Shown here in pieces: positions 40,658 through 53,546 of a stretch of 64,000 nt of DNA. The notes beneath the pieces were generated by a model that was given only the letters and a program-made list of their open reading frames with translations, did no database searches and was not told the DNA's origin. The position numbers were made by a program, and so were the translations under genes. Within the stretch, counting starts at the first letter, position 1; each line of letters begins with the position of its first letter. The DNA is from an uncultured cyanobacterium (GTDB lineage: Bacteria; Cyanobacteriota; Cyanobacteriia; CAKZMO01): the NCBI GenBank assembly GCA_963719515.1, contig CAVRCJ010000004.1, forward strand, positions 32,001 through 96,000, given 5' to 3'.

Positions 40658-41755
40658 CTACGAAATGTAGGACTTCAACAGCCGCAGCATCGCGGCAACC
40701 GAAGACAGCGACGCCGTTTCATTGGCCGTATGGTAGTCCGTTGTGGGAATCTGTAGCGTCGTCCCGCTGATGACGCCGCTCGTGGCGGCAATTAGACGGC
40801 CCATTTCGGTACGGCCCATAGAATAGGGTCTGGTTCGCGTCTGGTTTTGAACGTTGATGTAGTCGTCTTTGTAGCTGTAGGTAATGCCCAGCTGCTCACA
40901 TCGAGCGGCTAGCTCTTGCGTAATGGCCTCGGCAAAATCCGCGCTCGCATCCTTACGGCGTAGAGTTACCTGCTGCATATCAGCAGCCTCACGGTTGTGG
41001 TAAGGGCTGGTGTCAAGGGCAATCAGGCGCTGAGTGGACAGCTGGTGCCGCTGGAACCACGACAGGGCATGACGCCAGCTGCGGCCCGATTCCTCTTGGG
41101 CGGTAAATAGCGCGGTCCCCTGAAACCCGCAGCGAAATAGGAAAATGATCATCGCGGCGCTGATCACATTGTCGAGCTGAGCCGAGATGTAGCCTCCGCT
41201 GGACCGCAGACGATCTAAAAAGGCAATAGGGGTGCCCGGCTGCAGATGTTCTAAGCCATCTACCTCAAAGATCAAGTTGTGTCGTTCTGGGCAAATGTAA
41301 GAGTTCGTAATCGTGCCTTGCCCAATGTAGGCTCCGTTGTAGGGCTGGTGAGCCTGCACCCGCTGGCCCTGAAAGCGATTTTCGATGGTGTTGAGCATCT
41401 GCTCGGACACCGAGTCGCCAGTCAGCTCGCCCTTGTTTCCCGCAACAAAAGCCGCATATTGAAACTCATTAGGACCGGTGCATAAAAGGCCGTGGCGGTC
41501 GATATGGGCGGAGAGCATCAGCTCCTCGGGGCGGCTGCCCTGTGCGACGAGCACTCCGTAGTAGTAGTGAACCTCTACGCCGACTTCCTCTAGCTCTCGG
41601 CGCAGCACTCTGAAAAAGGAGTCTTCGCTACCCACCACCGCCGGTTCTCGGATGAGCTGCCGCAGGATCTTGAGAAAGTTTCTCGTATCTGCCAGTTCAT
41701 TATTCTGGTCGTTGGCAATGACAAGAGGCTCGACCACTAAATCGACAGGAATCAT
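40658..41755 (-). CDS. M42/M20-clan metallopeptidase-like protein
   Basis: AHIDRHG, QLDN, TAQEESG, LDTS and YHT metal-ligand motifs. Confidence 0.75.
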   Translation of the reverse strand: MIPVDLVVEPLVIANDQNNELADTRNFLKILRQLIREPAVVGSEDSFFRVLRRELEEVGVEVHYYYGVLVAQGSRPEELMLSAHIDRHGLLCTGPNEFQYAAFVAGNKGELTGDSVSEQMLNTIENRFQGQRVQAHQPYNGAYIGQGTITNSYICPERHNLIFEVDGLEHLQPGTPIAFLDRLRSSGGYISAQLDNVISAAMIIFLFRCGFQGTALFTAQEESGRSWRHALSWFQRHQLSTQRLIALDTSPYHNREAADMQQVTLRRKDASADFAEAITQELAARCEQLGITYSYKDDYINVQNQTRTRPYSMGRTEMGRLIAATSGVISGTTLQIPTTDYHTANETASLSSVAAMLRLLKSYIS

Positions 41756-41939
41756 AGGGTACTAGCGGCTAAATTTTGTTTGAACTCTGGTCTGAACTTT
41801 GGGCTTATAACAGCGGCGATCGCGTGATGAAAACGAACTTGGCAATCTAGCCCCCTATTATAGAGCCGAAATCGCGGGCCATCAGTACAGTGCAATACAG
41901 TTTTTCGCCGCTTACCGGTCTTAAGACTCAACCCTGTAC

Positions 41940-43088
41940 TTAAAGCGATCGCTGCCTTTTCAACATCTCGAAGCGGTGATCTAATTCAAGGTTGTAGCGA
42001 ATGGTCGCAATTGTAGAGCGCAACCCGAGATGTGCAGCCCAGTCCTGCACGGCTTGGGGGAGGCTGGCTAAGGCGGGATGGCCCTTGACGATGTCGTGCC
42101 AGCGCTTAACGTGCGGGGCCGTCGGATTCAGCCAGGCCTGTGGCTCTTCTAGTGAGTTGGCGTAGGCACGAGCCACGCAGGCGTAGGGTGAAACTGACGC
42201 CTGCTGCACATCGTCTCCAGAGGCTAGCCAGGGCTTGATCCCCATGGCATGGATGACGGCAGGTAGACCAAACAGTAAGCTCGATAAACGTTCGTCCGGC
42301 GTGTAGCTGCCTGGGCTAATACATTGGGCGATATCTCGGCCCGTTTTGAGCAGGCGGACGTCAAGGGTTTCGTAGGGTTTCGAGCCGAGTAGCGCCAGGA
42401 AAACGGCGTCGCTGCCGCGAAAGCACAGGGGGCGACTGTTGCGAGGCTGGGCTTGCCAATGTTGATAGCGATCGCTGGCCGACATCGCCTGCCACTGGCC
42501 CAAAAACGAGCGGTGGGCATTGGTGACCGACATACAGCAGTTGGAGGGAATGCGCCGAAAGCGACGGCCCAACGGCATATCCCAGCCCGCTGTGTGCTCA
42601 TGGGTGACAAACTGAGCCTTGCGGGCCAGCTGCGACGCGACGAGAACCTCTTCCGGAGCCTCGATCAAGAGGCTGGGGGGCGATTGCGTCAAAATCATAT
42701 CGCTATCAAACCAAACGACGCGCCGATAGCCTTGATCCAACGTCCACAGGAAATGGGCAGGTTTAATATCGCAGCCGCCCAGCTCACCCACACGCGTTAG
42801 GTGTAGGGTGACGGGGCGGGGCGCTAACCAATGCTGCAGCGACGGCGTCGCGTTGGGCGCGAAGATATGAATGTCGAGCGGCAAGCGTCGCTCTGTCAGG
42901 GGCGCGGTGTTTTCCGCTACTGCAGAGGCGCTGCCGGTCTCAATATGATTTGAAGGTGTCGGCTTTGAATGCGTCGGTGCAGAAAGGTGTTGAAGCAGGC
43001 TCGCAACCAGGAGCCTAATTCCGGTCTCGCAGCGCGGACGGTCTTCGTAAATAATAATCGCTGAGCGATCTTTGAATGCGGTGGTCAT
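41940..43088 (-). CDS. Putative GT-A-fold nucleotide-sugar transferase
   Basis: K...L...GYRRVVWFDSDMIL (DxD motif), IHAMGIKPW; last gene of a glycosyltransferase operon. Confidence 0.6.
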   Translation of the reverse strand: MTTAFKDRSAIIIYEDRPRCETGIRLLVASLLQHLSAPTHSKPTPSNHIETGSASAVAENTAPLTERRLPLDIHIFAPNATPSLQHWLAPRPVTLHLTRVGELGGCDIKPAHFLWTLDQGYRRVVWFDSDMILTQSPPSLLIEAPEEVLVASQLARKAQFVTHEHTAGWDMPLGRRFRRIPSNCCMSVTNAHRSFLGQWQAMSASDRYQHWQAQPRNSRPLCFRGSDAVFLALLGSKPYETLDVRLLKTGRDIAQCISPGSYTPDERLSSLLFGLPAVIHAMGIKPWLASGDDVQQASVSPYACVARAYANSLEEPQAWLNPTAPHVKRWHDIVKGHPALASLPQAVQDWAAHLGLRSTIATIRYNLELDHRFEMLKRQRSL

Positions 43089-43144
43089 GAGTCGGTAGCT
43101 CCTGGGGGGTAGGCAATGACAAAGGGGAGAAGACGTCCGGGTAT

Positions 43145-44398
43145 CTAAAGCTTTTGGTTTGTCGTCTCTAGGGAGGCATGCTGCACCGCTTCTAAGCTAA
43201 CTGTAGAAAACAGCTTAATCAACGTCTCAGCCTCCGTCATGGCGCTGTGCTGCTGCGCCACCCGGCGCATTCCAGAGGCTCCCATAGCGGCCAGCTGCTC
43301 GCTGGGCCGCTGGAGAGCGGTGCGCATGGCTGCAGTCAGGGACGCCACGTTTCCGGGAGTCACTAGCCACCCGCACTCTGGCTTCACTAATTCAGGGATA
43401 CCCGCGACGTAGGTCGTGATCACGGGGCGGCAGCAGGCCAGCGCTTCCATAATGACGACGGGCAAGCCTTCTGCGAAGCTCGGTAGCACCATGGCCCTAG
43501 CGCTCAAAAGCTGCTGTCTGACTTCAGCTCCGGTAGCCCAGCCGGTAATATCAACGTAGTCATCAAGCTGGTAGCGCGATCGCAGTGCCTCAATCGCCTC
43601 TCGGCTTTCTCCGTCCCCCACGAGCACCAGTTTGAAACGATGACCTTCAGCGGCGAGCTGCTTGACCGCCTCCATTAGCAAGAGCTGCCCTTTCTGCTCG
43701 CACAGCCGCCCCACACAGACAAGCTGCGCCTTTGAAGGAATGGGAACGGGATTTTGTCCTAGAAAAGTTTGGTCAACCCCGCAGCGCACGACGTGAATTT
43801 TTGGCCAGTGGTCGTAGTCACACCAGCGGTAGAGCTGGCTTTTCGCGAAGGAGCTGATGGCCACCACAAAGGCAGCTCGCCTAATTTTAGTGGGAAGGGC
43901 GATCGCCGCCACCTGATCAAATTCTTCGGGACCATGGACTGTGAAGCTATAGGGAGGACCACCCAGCGCCTCGCAGAGCATAGCGACGGTGGTTGAATTG
44001 GTGCCAAAGTGGGCGTGGAGGTGGCTGGCATGGGAATCGGTAATCCAGCCTAACAGGACGCAGGCTTCTGCCAAATAGATGATGTGATAGAGGACGCCTC
44101 GGCTTGAACGCCAGCCGACGGTTATCGCCAAACGTAGCGCTTGCAGGAAGCGCAGCGGTCGGGTTGCAATCACCTTCAGCAGCCCCAACAGCAGCCCCAC
44201 GGCCCCCACCGCCAAAATAAATCGGGTTTTGGCCAGCTCTTGACGGTCGGCCTCATCCACTAGCTCCGCTGCGCAGGAGCGAATGGAGTAGCGCTCGATG
44301 GGCAGCCCTAAATCTTCTAGAGCCAGGATCTCCCGGCGGATGAAGCTGTGGCTGACCATCGGATACTGGTTGACTAAATAGGCGACCTTAGCCGGCAT
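43145..44398 (-). CDS. Family 4 glycosyltransferase (WcaL-like)
   Basis: YPMVSHSFIRREI, HLHAHFG, TVHGPEEF, VGRLCEQKG, PSFAEGLPVVIMEA. Confidence 0.92.
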   Translation of the reverse strand: MPAKVAYLVNQYPMVSHSFIRREILALEDLGLPIERYSIRSCAAELVDEADRQELAKTRFILAVGAVGLLLGLLKVIATRPLRFLQALRLAITVGWRSSRGVLYHIIYLAEACVLLGWITDSHASHLHAHFGTNSTTVAMLCEALGGPPYSFTVHGPEEFDQVAAIALPTKIRRAAFVVAISSFAKSQLYRWCDYDHWPKIHVVRCGVDQTFLGQNPVPIPSKAQLVCVGRLCEQKGQLLLMEAVKQLAAEGHRFKLVLVGDGESREAIEALRSRYQLDDYVDITGWATGAEVRQQLLSARAMVLPSFAEGLPVVIMEALACCRPVITTYVAGIPELVKPECGWLVTPGNVASLTAAMRTALQRPSEQLAAMGASGMRRVAQQHSAMTEAETLIKLFSTVSLEAVQHASLETTNQKL

Positions 44399-45110
44399 GA
44401 CCTGGCCTCTGGGTGGGGGCGTGATGCATCAGCTCCGATACCGTTTTGAACGTATAGCCCTGGGCCTGGAGCGTTTTTACAATGGTTTCGGTAGCCATAA
44501 CGGTGGCGGTGCGATCGCTGCCGCCGTCGTGCAGCAGGATGATCGAGCCGGGGGCCACATGCTGCACGACGTGATCTGAAATGGCCTTGGCATCAGAGGT
44601 GGCGTAGTCTTTAGGGTCGACGCTCCAGAGAATGCTCTGCTTTCCCATCTGCTTAAGCACCCAGGGCAAAATCAGTAGCTTAAAGCCGAAGGGGGCGCGA
44701 AAGTGGATGTCTTGCTTGACGCCAAACTGCCGCAGCAGCAGGTCCGTTTTTTCAATTTCGGTCTGCACCACCTGGGGACGCTGCCAGGTCAGCCGCCGAT
44801 GGGAGTAGGAATGGTTGCCCAGTTCGTGCCCTTGAGCCACGAGCGTTTGCACCGTCTCTGGAGCCTGTTCTACGTTTTTACCCAGTACGAAGAAGGTGGC
44901 TTTCACCTGCAGCCGGTCGAGCAGGGCAATCAGCTGCTCCGTTATTGGCGGGTTGGGGCCGTCGTCGTAGGTGAGAGCCACTACCTTGTCGGTGGTGGCA
45001 ACCCGAGTCGTAAAGTCTCCCAGAAGCTGAAACTTTGAGGTTTTTGCCAGGCGATCGAGCAAAAAGGCGATCGCTCCGACACCCAAGACGCTAGTTAGAA
45101 CGAGTGACAT
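44388..45110 (-). CDS. NodB-type polysaccharide deacetylase (CE4), membrane anchored
   Basis: ALTYDDGP, ATFFVLG, ELGNHSYSH, FRAPFG, IILLHD. Confidence 0.93.
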   Translation of the reverse strand: MSLVLTSVLGVGAIAFLLDRLAKTSKFQLLGDFTTRVATTDKVVALTYDDGPNPPITEQLIALLDRLQVKATFFVLGKNVEQAPETVQTLVAQGHELGNHSYSHRRLTWQRPQVVQTEIEKTDLLLRQFGVKQDIHFRAPFGFKLLILPWVLKQMGKQSILWSVDPKDYATSDAKAISDHVVQHVAPGSIILLHDGGSDRTATVMATETIVKTLQAQGYTFKTVSELMHHAPTQRPGHAG

Positions 45111-45146
45111 GGCATTATGTTGGATTCGATGTCAGTTTGAATCAAT

Positions 45147-46451
45147 TCAAAGCTCTTTGAACTTCGAATCGCTGGGAGACGCGGTCTCTCCGTGGAAGGG
45201 ACTGCGATCGCTAGACGGATTGACGCTAGCTTGTCCAGTCGACGGTTCTCTTCCCGTGCGCACCCAAGCTCTCTGGGGGCGCAGCAAGAACTGCCGGTAA
45301 ATCGACAGTTTCCACAGCATGTACATCGGCACCGACAAGATTAGGCGCAAGGGCAAGAATGCGCGAGCGAACCGCAGCCAGGAAATCGCTACCAGCGCGA
45401 ATAGAATACCCCCCTGAGCCCCCAAGGCGATCGCGGGTAGCCAAGGACCGCCAAGCAACCCCACCACCCCGGCGACGCCGGTGGTAACCGTCCACAACAA
45501 AACTAACAGCGAGAGGGGCGGTACGGCGGTGTCTAGCGCCAATGCGAGCAGGCTAATGCTGCGGCGAGCAGCGGCCTGACGCAGCAGCTGCGGCACCTGG
45601 GTCACCAGCGTCTGGAGATGCCCGTGGGTCCAGCGGGTTTTCTGGGAATCGAGAGAAGACTCGTCCTCAGGAAACGTGCCGGTGACCAAGGCCTCTTCAC
45701 AGAAGATGGGAGAATACCCTTGCAGAGCAAAGTCTAGTCCCATCTGCTTATCTTCGACGATGTTTCCGCTCGCTGTCGACACCGTACGGATGATACTCCA
45801 GGGAAATGCCATGCCGGTTCCAGTTAGACCGACAGGCAGCCCCAGCTGCTGCAGCCCTCGCTGCCGCACTAGGTTCTTGAACAAAAAGGCGAAAGAGAGA
45901 ACGGCATGCTTTGGGGAAGGATCTCCCGGCGGAAGCAGCAGGTTGGTCGCCTGAACGGGGCTACCCGTGGAGACGGCGGTCTCCGCCAAACGTTCCACTG
46001 TGTTTAGAGCCACCTGACAGTCTGCATCAATGACGACAACCACATCCGGAGGGCAATTCTGCAGGGACCGGAAGCCAAAGTCGAGCGCGTAGCCTTTACC
46101 CCGGCGATCGCTATCAAATCGCTCAATCACCTCTACCCCAAAGCGCCGACCAATTTCTGCGGTCTCATCGGTGCAGTTGTCCGCCACCAGAAGAATGCGA
46201 TCGCCCTTTGCCACCGTTGGTATCAACGACAAGAGCGTTGCTCCAATCACCTCGGCTTCGTTATGCGCTGGAATTAAAACGACGACGCTAGGCCGACGGG
46301 CAGCAGTCTGGCGATCGCCGCCTGCTCGTTTTACGGGTAAAAGCGCTGCGCCACATTCCACAATCAAAATTATTGTAAGTAGCGATAAAAAACCAGTCGT
46401 TCCGTACAAAGCGGTTTTGAGAAATAAAGCATCAGGGAAGTAGTTTGTCAT
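45147..46451 (-). CDS. Family 2 glycosyltransferase
   Basis: LIPAHNE, ADNCTD, GKGYAL, IDAD, VED, QKTRW; N- and C-terminal TM helices. Confidence 0.92.
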   Translation of the reverse strand: MTNYFPDALFLKTALYGTTGFLSLLTIILIVECGAALLPVKRAGGDRQTAARRPSVVVLIPAHNEAEVIGATLLSLIPTVAKGDRILLVADNCTDETAEIGRRFGVEVIERFDSDRRGKGYALDFGFRSLQNCPPDVVVVIDADCQVALNTVERLAETAVSTGSPVQATNLLLPPGDPSPKHAVLSFAFLFKNLVRQRGLQQLGLPVGLTGTGMAFPWSIIRTVSTASGNIVEDKQMGLDFALQGYSPIFCEEALVTGTFPEDESSLDSQKTRWTHGHLQTLVTQVPQLLRQAAARRSISLLALALDTAVPPLSLLVLLWTVTTGVAGVVGLLGGPWLPAIALGAQGGILFALVAISWLRFARAFLPLRLILSVPMYMLWKLSIYRQFLLRPQRAWVRTGREPSTGQASVNPSSDRSPFHGETASPSDSKFKEL

Positions 46452-47785
46452 TCTGTTCTTGACGGTTTTTCCATGCGAAATCCATAAGAAATCTTTAAGA
46501 AAAGCGATGCGTCACAGAGGGCCATAATAAATACAGCCTGCACGTGAATCCCTGATGGCACCGAGGTTTAAGCTTCTGAGGTGGCCTGCGGTTATCTTAC
46601 TTCCTTGCCGTGAACCAGGCTATCCACTTTACTGAAAAAACATCTGCATTGCTGCGTTGTCTTTTTTGTTTGGCCCGTGATAAGCCACTAGTAAAGTATC
46701 GACTTATAAGCTATAGCGGCGATTTTATATAGTGAAAAAAATTTAATTTATATCGCTCAAAAAGGCTGCGATTTAGCTCGCGTAGCTCTGAGGAATGATA
46801 TTAGCTAAATCTGGGAATTGAGCTAATCTTTCCTTGCTAAAAGATTAGCTTGATCTGTTCTATTTAGACTATTTAGCAAGAAGCTTTAACTCTGAAAGTA
46901 GCGTTGAATAGAGAAATCTGATTCTGAAGAGCCGATTTTTTCAAAGCGCAGCCATATCTTATAAATCTCATGACTACGCTATCGAAAAAATTCTGTAATC
47001 GGACTGAATTTTTACCTTATTATGGCGCTCTTAATGCTGCACAAGCTCTGTAAAAATAATTTATAACGGACTTTTGTACGGGAGGACACTTCGCCGATGT
47101 CTTTGTAAAAAAATACATTAGAAAGCCCCGTAGGACTCGCGCGGACAGCTACAGGCAGTAAGAGCAGATATCGTCCATCCTGTTTACGCAGCAAAGCTTC
47201 CGAGAGTTTAAAATTCTTCTTCAAGAGTTCTATTGGCATATCGAAGTTTTTAATGCATATTTCTAGATAAATCTAGAGCTGAGCCGGATCATTGAAAGAG
47301 AGTAACTCCGCTTTTGCGGAATTCAGCCCAGCAAGGCCTTATTTTCTAAAGGGGGAAAACCCTGCTCGAATTTGATTATGTTGGCGTTGATACTCAGCCT
47401 CAAAGCAGACAAAGTACACCGAAACGCTGAGATATTCTGGTTACTCATGGGTCGGCTGCTTGCGAAAGCAGGTAAGTGCGATCGCAGCTTGGCTGCCCAT
47501 TCAAAGAAATTGTGAACACTTCAGGTGTTTTCCGGGTTGCCCTCAGAGGCTCAGTATGGTTTTCGATTTGGAAATCAGCGTATAGGGCTTCACCGAATTT
47601 GTCGCGAGAGAGAGCCGCCCTTGGATTTTCGTCAAGTCTGGTATATTCAGATACAATTTTCGCCAAGCCGCCCTGACTCATCTCAGAGTGACGGCAGAAA
47701 AATTTATTCCCGTCACAGAATTCTTGTAGCTTTATAAAGGCACCGTGAAGCCCGCCGCCGGCCAGATATCACCTGAATTCTCAGC

Positions 47786-49522
47786 ATGCACAAACTTACC
47801 GCAGGTCTGGCTGAATGCCGCACGGATAGACTCTCCCTCAAGCGTTCTGCCGGGTTGGGATTGAGCGTAATCGCTCCCCTCTATTTTGGATTAATGTCTT
47901 GGAGGTATGCTAACTTCAGCTCTATAATCCAGGACGACGCCCGTCTGCACCTGGTTTGGCTGCAGAGGCTAATCGACCCGGCTCTCTTCCCCGCAGATGC
48001 GATCGCCGACTACTACTCCGCCATCCAGCCCATAGGATTTCAGGCCGTATATGGCCTCGTCGCGGCTTTGGGCATTGAGCCGCTCGCCTTTGCCAAGATT
48101 CTTCCGCTGGGGCTTGCGCTCATTGCTACGGTCTACCTCTATTGGGGGGTACTCCTCATCTGGCCGGTGCCTTTGAGCGGCCTGCTGGTCACCCTAGTAT
48201 TCAATCAAAATATCTGGCTCAAAGACGATCTCGTCTCGGCAACGCCTCGGGCATTTGTCTATCCCCTTTTTGCGGCGTTCCTCTACTACTTCCTGCGCGA
48301 CGCCAGGGGGTTTTGGCTACTAGTTCTAGGTCTACAGGGGCTATTCTATCCGCAGATGATGCTGGTGTCTTTGGGGATGCTGACGCTGCGATCGCTGGGG
48401 CGCGCGATGGGATCTAGGCTGCGCCAGGCAGAGGTTTGGGGCTGGCTAGCGGCGCTGGCGCTGACGGTGAGCCTGCTGCTCCTGTTTTCTTACCGGGCAC
48501 AGAGCCAGGCTGGGGCATTGGTGAGTTTGAGCGAGATGCAGACAATGCCGGAGTTTCAGGCAGGGGGGCGGCGGGCCTACTTTGGGGTATCACCCTTGGC
48601 ATTCATCTTTTCGGGGGCCAGCGGGCTGCGGATGCCCCTCTTCCCGCCAATTATCGGCGTTGGCATTCTGCTACCCGCTTTGCTTTGGAGACGTCGGGAC
48701 GCCGCTGACCAGACACCTTATGTCGCGATCCAGGCTGCGGCGCTGGGGCAGCTTTTGGCCTCTGCCCTCATCCTGTTTTTGCTGGCCCACCTGACGTTTC
48801 CCCGCCTTTATCTCCCCAGCCGCTATAGCTTCTACAGCCTGCGCTTCGCCATGGCGATCGCTTCTGGCCTCGCGCTTACCCTGATCGCTCAGCGGGCAGA
48901 CGCTTGGGTCCGGCGTCGCACCGCCTGGACCTGGCGCGATCGCCTTTGGGCTGCGCTGGGCGGAGGGCTAGCGATCGCCATTGTGGTCCTGCCCGCCATT
49001 CCGGCTATTGTGCTGCCCTGCCAGGGGTGGGTAGTGGGCCGAAATCCTGGCCTCTATCGTGCTATTGCCCACACCCCAAAGGACAGCCTAGTTGCCTCTA
49101 TCGCCCCTGAGGTAGACAATGTGCCCGCCTTCGCCCAGCGGTCGGTGCTGGTGGGGGCAGAGTTTGCCCTGCCCTACCACAGCGAGTTCTACGCCCTGAT
49201 GCTGCAGCGGATGGCGGACCTAGTGGCCGCGCAGTACAGCCCTGAGACTGCCCAACTCGCCGCCTTTATTCAAGCCTACGGCATAGATCTGTGGCTTGTG
49301 GACCGGCATTTTGCTGAACCAGATTACTTGCTCCAACAGGGCTGGCTGATGAATAGCTCCATCGGAGACCAAATTGCTGAAGCTGTCCGAGACCTGCAAA
49401 CAGGGCTGCAGCCAGCGCTGGCCCAGGCCATTCCCGCCTGCGGCATTTTGGAGGAGGACCTGGTTCTTCTAGACGCCGCCTGTGTCGCTGAAAGGGCGCA
49501 GGGCGAGGGGTCAGGGGAGTGA
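47786..49522 (+). CDS. Polytopic membrane protein, putative GT-C-like; paralog of 6466..8151
   Basis: IQDDARLH, SATPRAFVYPL, LQGLFYPQ, LPSRY and EFALPYH match motifs in the 6466 ORF. Confidence 0.72.
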   Translation: MHKLTAGLAECRTDRLSLKRSAGLGLSVIAPLYFGLMSWRYANFSSIIQDDARLHLVWLQRLIDPALFPADAIADYYSAIQPIGFQAVYGLVAALGIEPLAFAKILPLGLALIATVYLYWGVLLIWPVPLSGLLVTLVFNQNIWLKDDLVSATPRAFVYPLFAAFLYYFLRDARGFWLLVLGLQGLFYPQMMLVSLGMLTLRSLGRAMGSRLRQAEVWGWLAALALTVSLLLLFSYRAQSQAGALVSLSEMQTMPEFQAGGRRAYFGVSPLAFIFSGASGLRMPLFPPIIGVGILLPALLWRRRDAADQTPYVAIQAAALGQLLASALILFLLAHLTFPRLYLPSRYSFYSLRFAMAIASGLALTLIAQRADAWVRRRTAWTWRDRLWAALGGGLAIAIVVLPAIPAIVLPCQGWVVGRNPGLYRAIAHTPKDSLVASIAPEVDNVPAFAQRSVLVGAEFALPYHSEFYALMLQRMADLVAAQYSPETAQLAAFIQAYGIDLWLVDRHFAEPDYLLQQGWLMNSSIGDQIAEAVRDLQTGLQPALAQAIPACGILEEDLVLLDAACVAERAQGEGSGE

Positions 49523-51214
49523 ACCGGCGCTTGGGCCCTGCCGCCACAGCAGACGGTAGGGGTCTTGCTCTAGCTGCTGCACCCCGGACGCTCCTAGGTA
49601 GGGCCGGTAGGCCTCGTCTCCTGCCAGATGGACCTGAAAAAACGTCAGACTCAGCATCTGGTGATACATTTCGGTGACGGGCTTAATGGTCTCCCAGTCT
49701 GTGGCCTGATTGGTGAGCCGGTTGACGACGTCTAGGGTGAGGCGGGCGTGGGGCAGCCCTGCGGTCACCACGAGATAGCGAGGGTCTAAGTCTTGTTTCG
49801 CTGGCGGAGAAGACCCCTCACTGGCGGGTGCAGTGACCCAAGAGAAGGCGGGCAGCTGCTCTATGGTCAGCGGCGTCAGCACGTCGTACTCCGTCGCCTC
49901 CCAAAACACTGGCCCCTCCACCTGGGCTAGCCCTTGCGGGCCGTAGAGGCTGCGGCCAAAAGGCACAAACAGGTAGACCGCCTGGACGCGCTTATCTTGG
50001 AGATCCGTCTGCGCGGGCGGCAGCTCCAGCGCCCGGCATTGATAGAGCAGCGAAATATTGAGTAATCCCGACCGGGTGGCGCAGGCGTGGCGCAGATGGT
50101 CGCGGTCGATGGTGGCCCCCGCGAGGGCCAGGGCCGTGGTGCCGCCAAAAGAATAGCCAAACACCCCTGCTCGTTCAGGGTCAAGGCGATCGCCAAATTG
50201 CTCACGGTTGCGTCGGGCCAGCTCGTCGAGCAAAAAGCTGACGTCTAGGGGCCGGTCTACATACTCCGCCGCCTCAAAATTCTCGGTGTGTATGCCCTGG
50301 TAGAACTCCTGCAGCCGCTGGCGATCGCTGCCGGGGTGGTCGAGCATCGCAACAGCGAACCCGTGGGACGCTAGATGCAAAGCCAGCTCATCGAAACGAC
50401 TGCGCCGCGCCCCTAATCCGTTAGAAACGACGATTATGGGGAGCGGTTCCGCTGCCTCATCAGGGGTGTAGACATCGACCTCGAAGCGGCGATCGCGGCT
50501 CGTATCCTGCAGGGTGAGGGTTTGAACCGTGGTAGACCTGCTGCCCGGCTGCCGGGGGTCGGGGAGGACGCTGAAGTCCGCTGTGGAAGCTGAGGCGGCG
50601 CTGGTTTCGCCCGCGAGCTGCGCCATGGCCGTCTGGGAATTCGTCAGCATTTGCCCCACCTCGCGGGCAAGACCCAGGGCCGTACCGATATCAATGCGAA
50701 TATCGGTGGGAAACGCCTCTAGAACGTTGAGCAGGGTCAGCCCCTCAGGGTCCGCTGCCGCTAGGGTCAGCGCCGCCCGTAGACCGTAAAGGCCGTTTTG
50801 CCCCGATTCGGTTTGCACCAGCTCCCCCGCCTCCGTAAGCAGCAGTCGCCCCGAAGAGGTGTAGGAAAAGCGGTTCACCAGCACGGGGTCGACGTCGTAG
50901 CGGGCCTGAAGCGCTGCGCGAATTTGCTCACTTTGCCCAGGGCCAAGTCGCGCCAGCAGGGTGCTCAGCCAGCCGTCTGCAGCCCCCGTCTGGGCAAAGG
51001 TGTCCAGGGCTTGCCGGGTAATAGAAAAGCCGAAAGGACCATACTGGAAGCGGATACGCTCTGCGGCCCCGACAGGCGACGCAGTCGCCAAAAGGCCAAG
51101 CATCGCGGCGGCGATCGCGGCTTTGAAGCGCCCCCCCAACCCTGGGATTGTCGTGGGGGTGCGGTGCGGTGACGGGGGAACTACGGATTTGGGCGTGAAT
51201 TGTGGCAAAGGCAT
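49511..51214 (-). CDS. DUF1400 + alpha/beta hydrolase (dienelactone-hydrolase-like)
   Basis: AAERI...YGPF, ALTLAAADPEGLTLL (DUF1400); SNGLG, HPGSD, DRPLDVSFLLD, GYSFGG nucleophile elbow. Confidence 0.85.
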   Translation of the reverse strand: MPLPQFTPKSVVPPSPHRTPTTIPGLGGRFKAAIAAAMLGLLATASPVGAAERIRFQYGPFGFSITRQALDTFAQTGAADGWLSTLLARLGPGQSEQIRAALQARYDVDPVLVNRFSYTSSGRLLLTEAGELVQTESGQNGLYGLRAALTLAAADPEGLTLLNVLEAFPTDIRIDIGTALGLAREVGQMLTNSQTAMAQLAGETSAASASTADFSVLPDPRQPGSRSTTVQTLTLQDTSRDRRFEVDVYTPDEAAEPLPIIVVSNGLGARRSRFDELALHLASHGFAVAMLDHPGSDRQRLQEFYQGIHTENFEAAEYVDRPLDVSFLLDELARRNREQFGDRLDPERAGVFGYSFGGTTALALAGATIDRDHLRHACATRSGLLNISLLYQCRALELPPAQTDLQDKRVQAVYLFVPFGRSLYGPQGLAQVEGPVFWEATEYDVLTPLTIEQLPAFSWVTAPASEGSSPPAKQDLDPRYLVVTAGLPHARLTLDVVNRLTNQATDWETIKPVTEMYHQMLSLTFFQVHLAGDEAYRPYLGASGVQQLEQDPYRLLWRQGPSAGSLP

Positions 51215-51326
51215 GGGGCTTCTGGGTTGGGTCCGACAGGGCAGCGTTACTGGCAGCAACCAATAAGACAGCGTAGCAAAGTTGGCAGCGTCAAGGATCA
51301 GGTTGTCTTTTAGGTCGGATGGGCCA

Positions 51327-53489
<2,163 letters not shown>

Positions 53490-53546
53490 CTATGGAATGA
53501 GAATAGGGCAATGTCCTACCGGACCGCCACGGTGGCCGCTGCGCAA

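Noticed and set aside
39400..46451. hpnH with nearby GT2, deacetylase and GT4 as a hopanoid glycosylation cluster
   Set aside because: The GTs resemble generic EPS enzymes and the deacetylase is NodB-type rather than HpnK/YdjC-type. A peptidase gene and intergenic gaps separate them from hpnH.
46520..46640. Possible riboswitch (for example c-di-GMP) upstream of the GT2 operon
   Set aside because: No recognisable aptamer consensus by eye; an Rfam scan would be needed.
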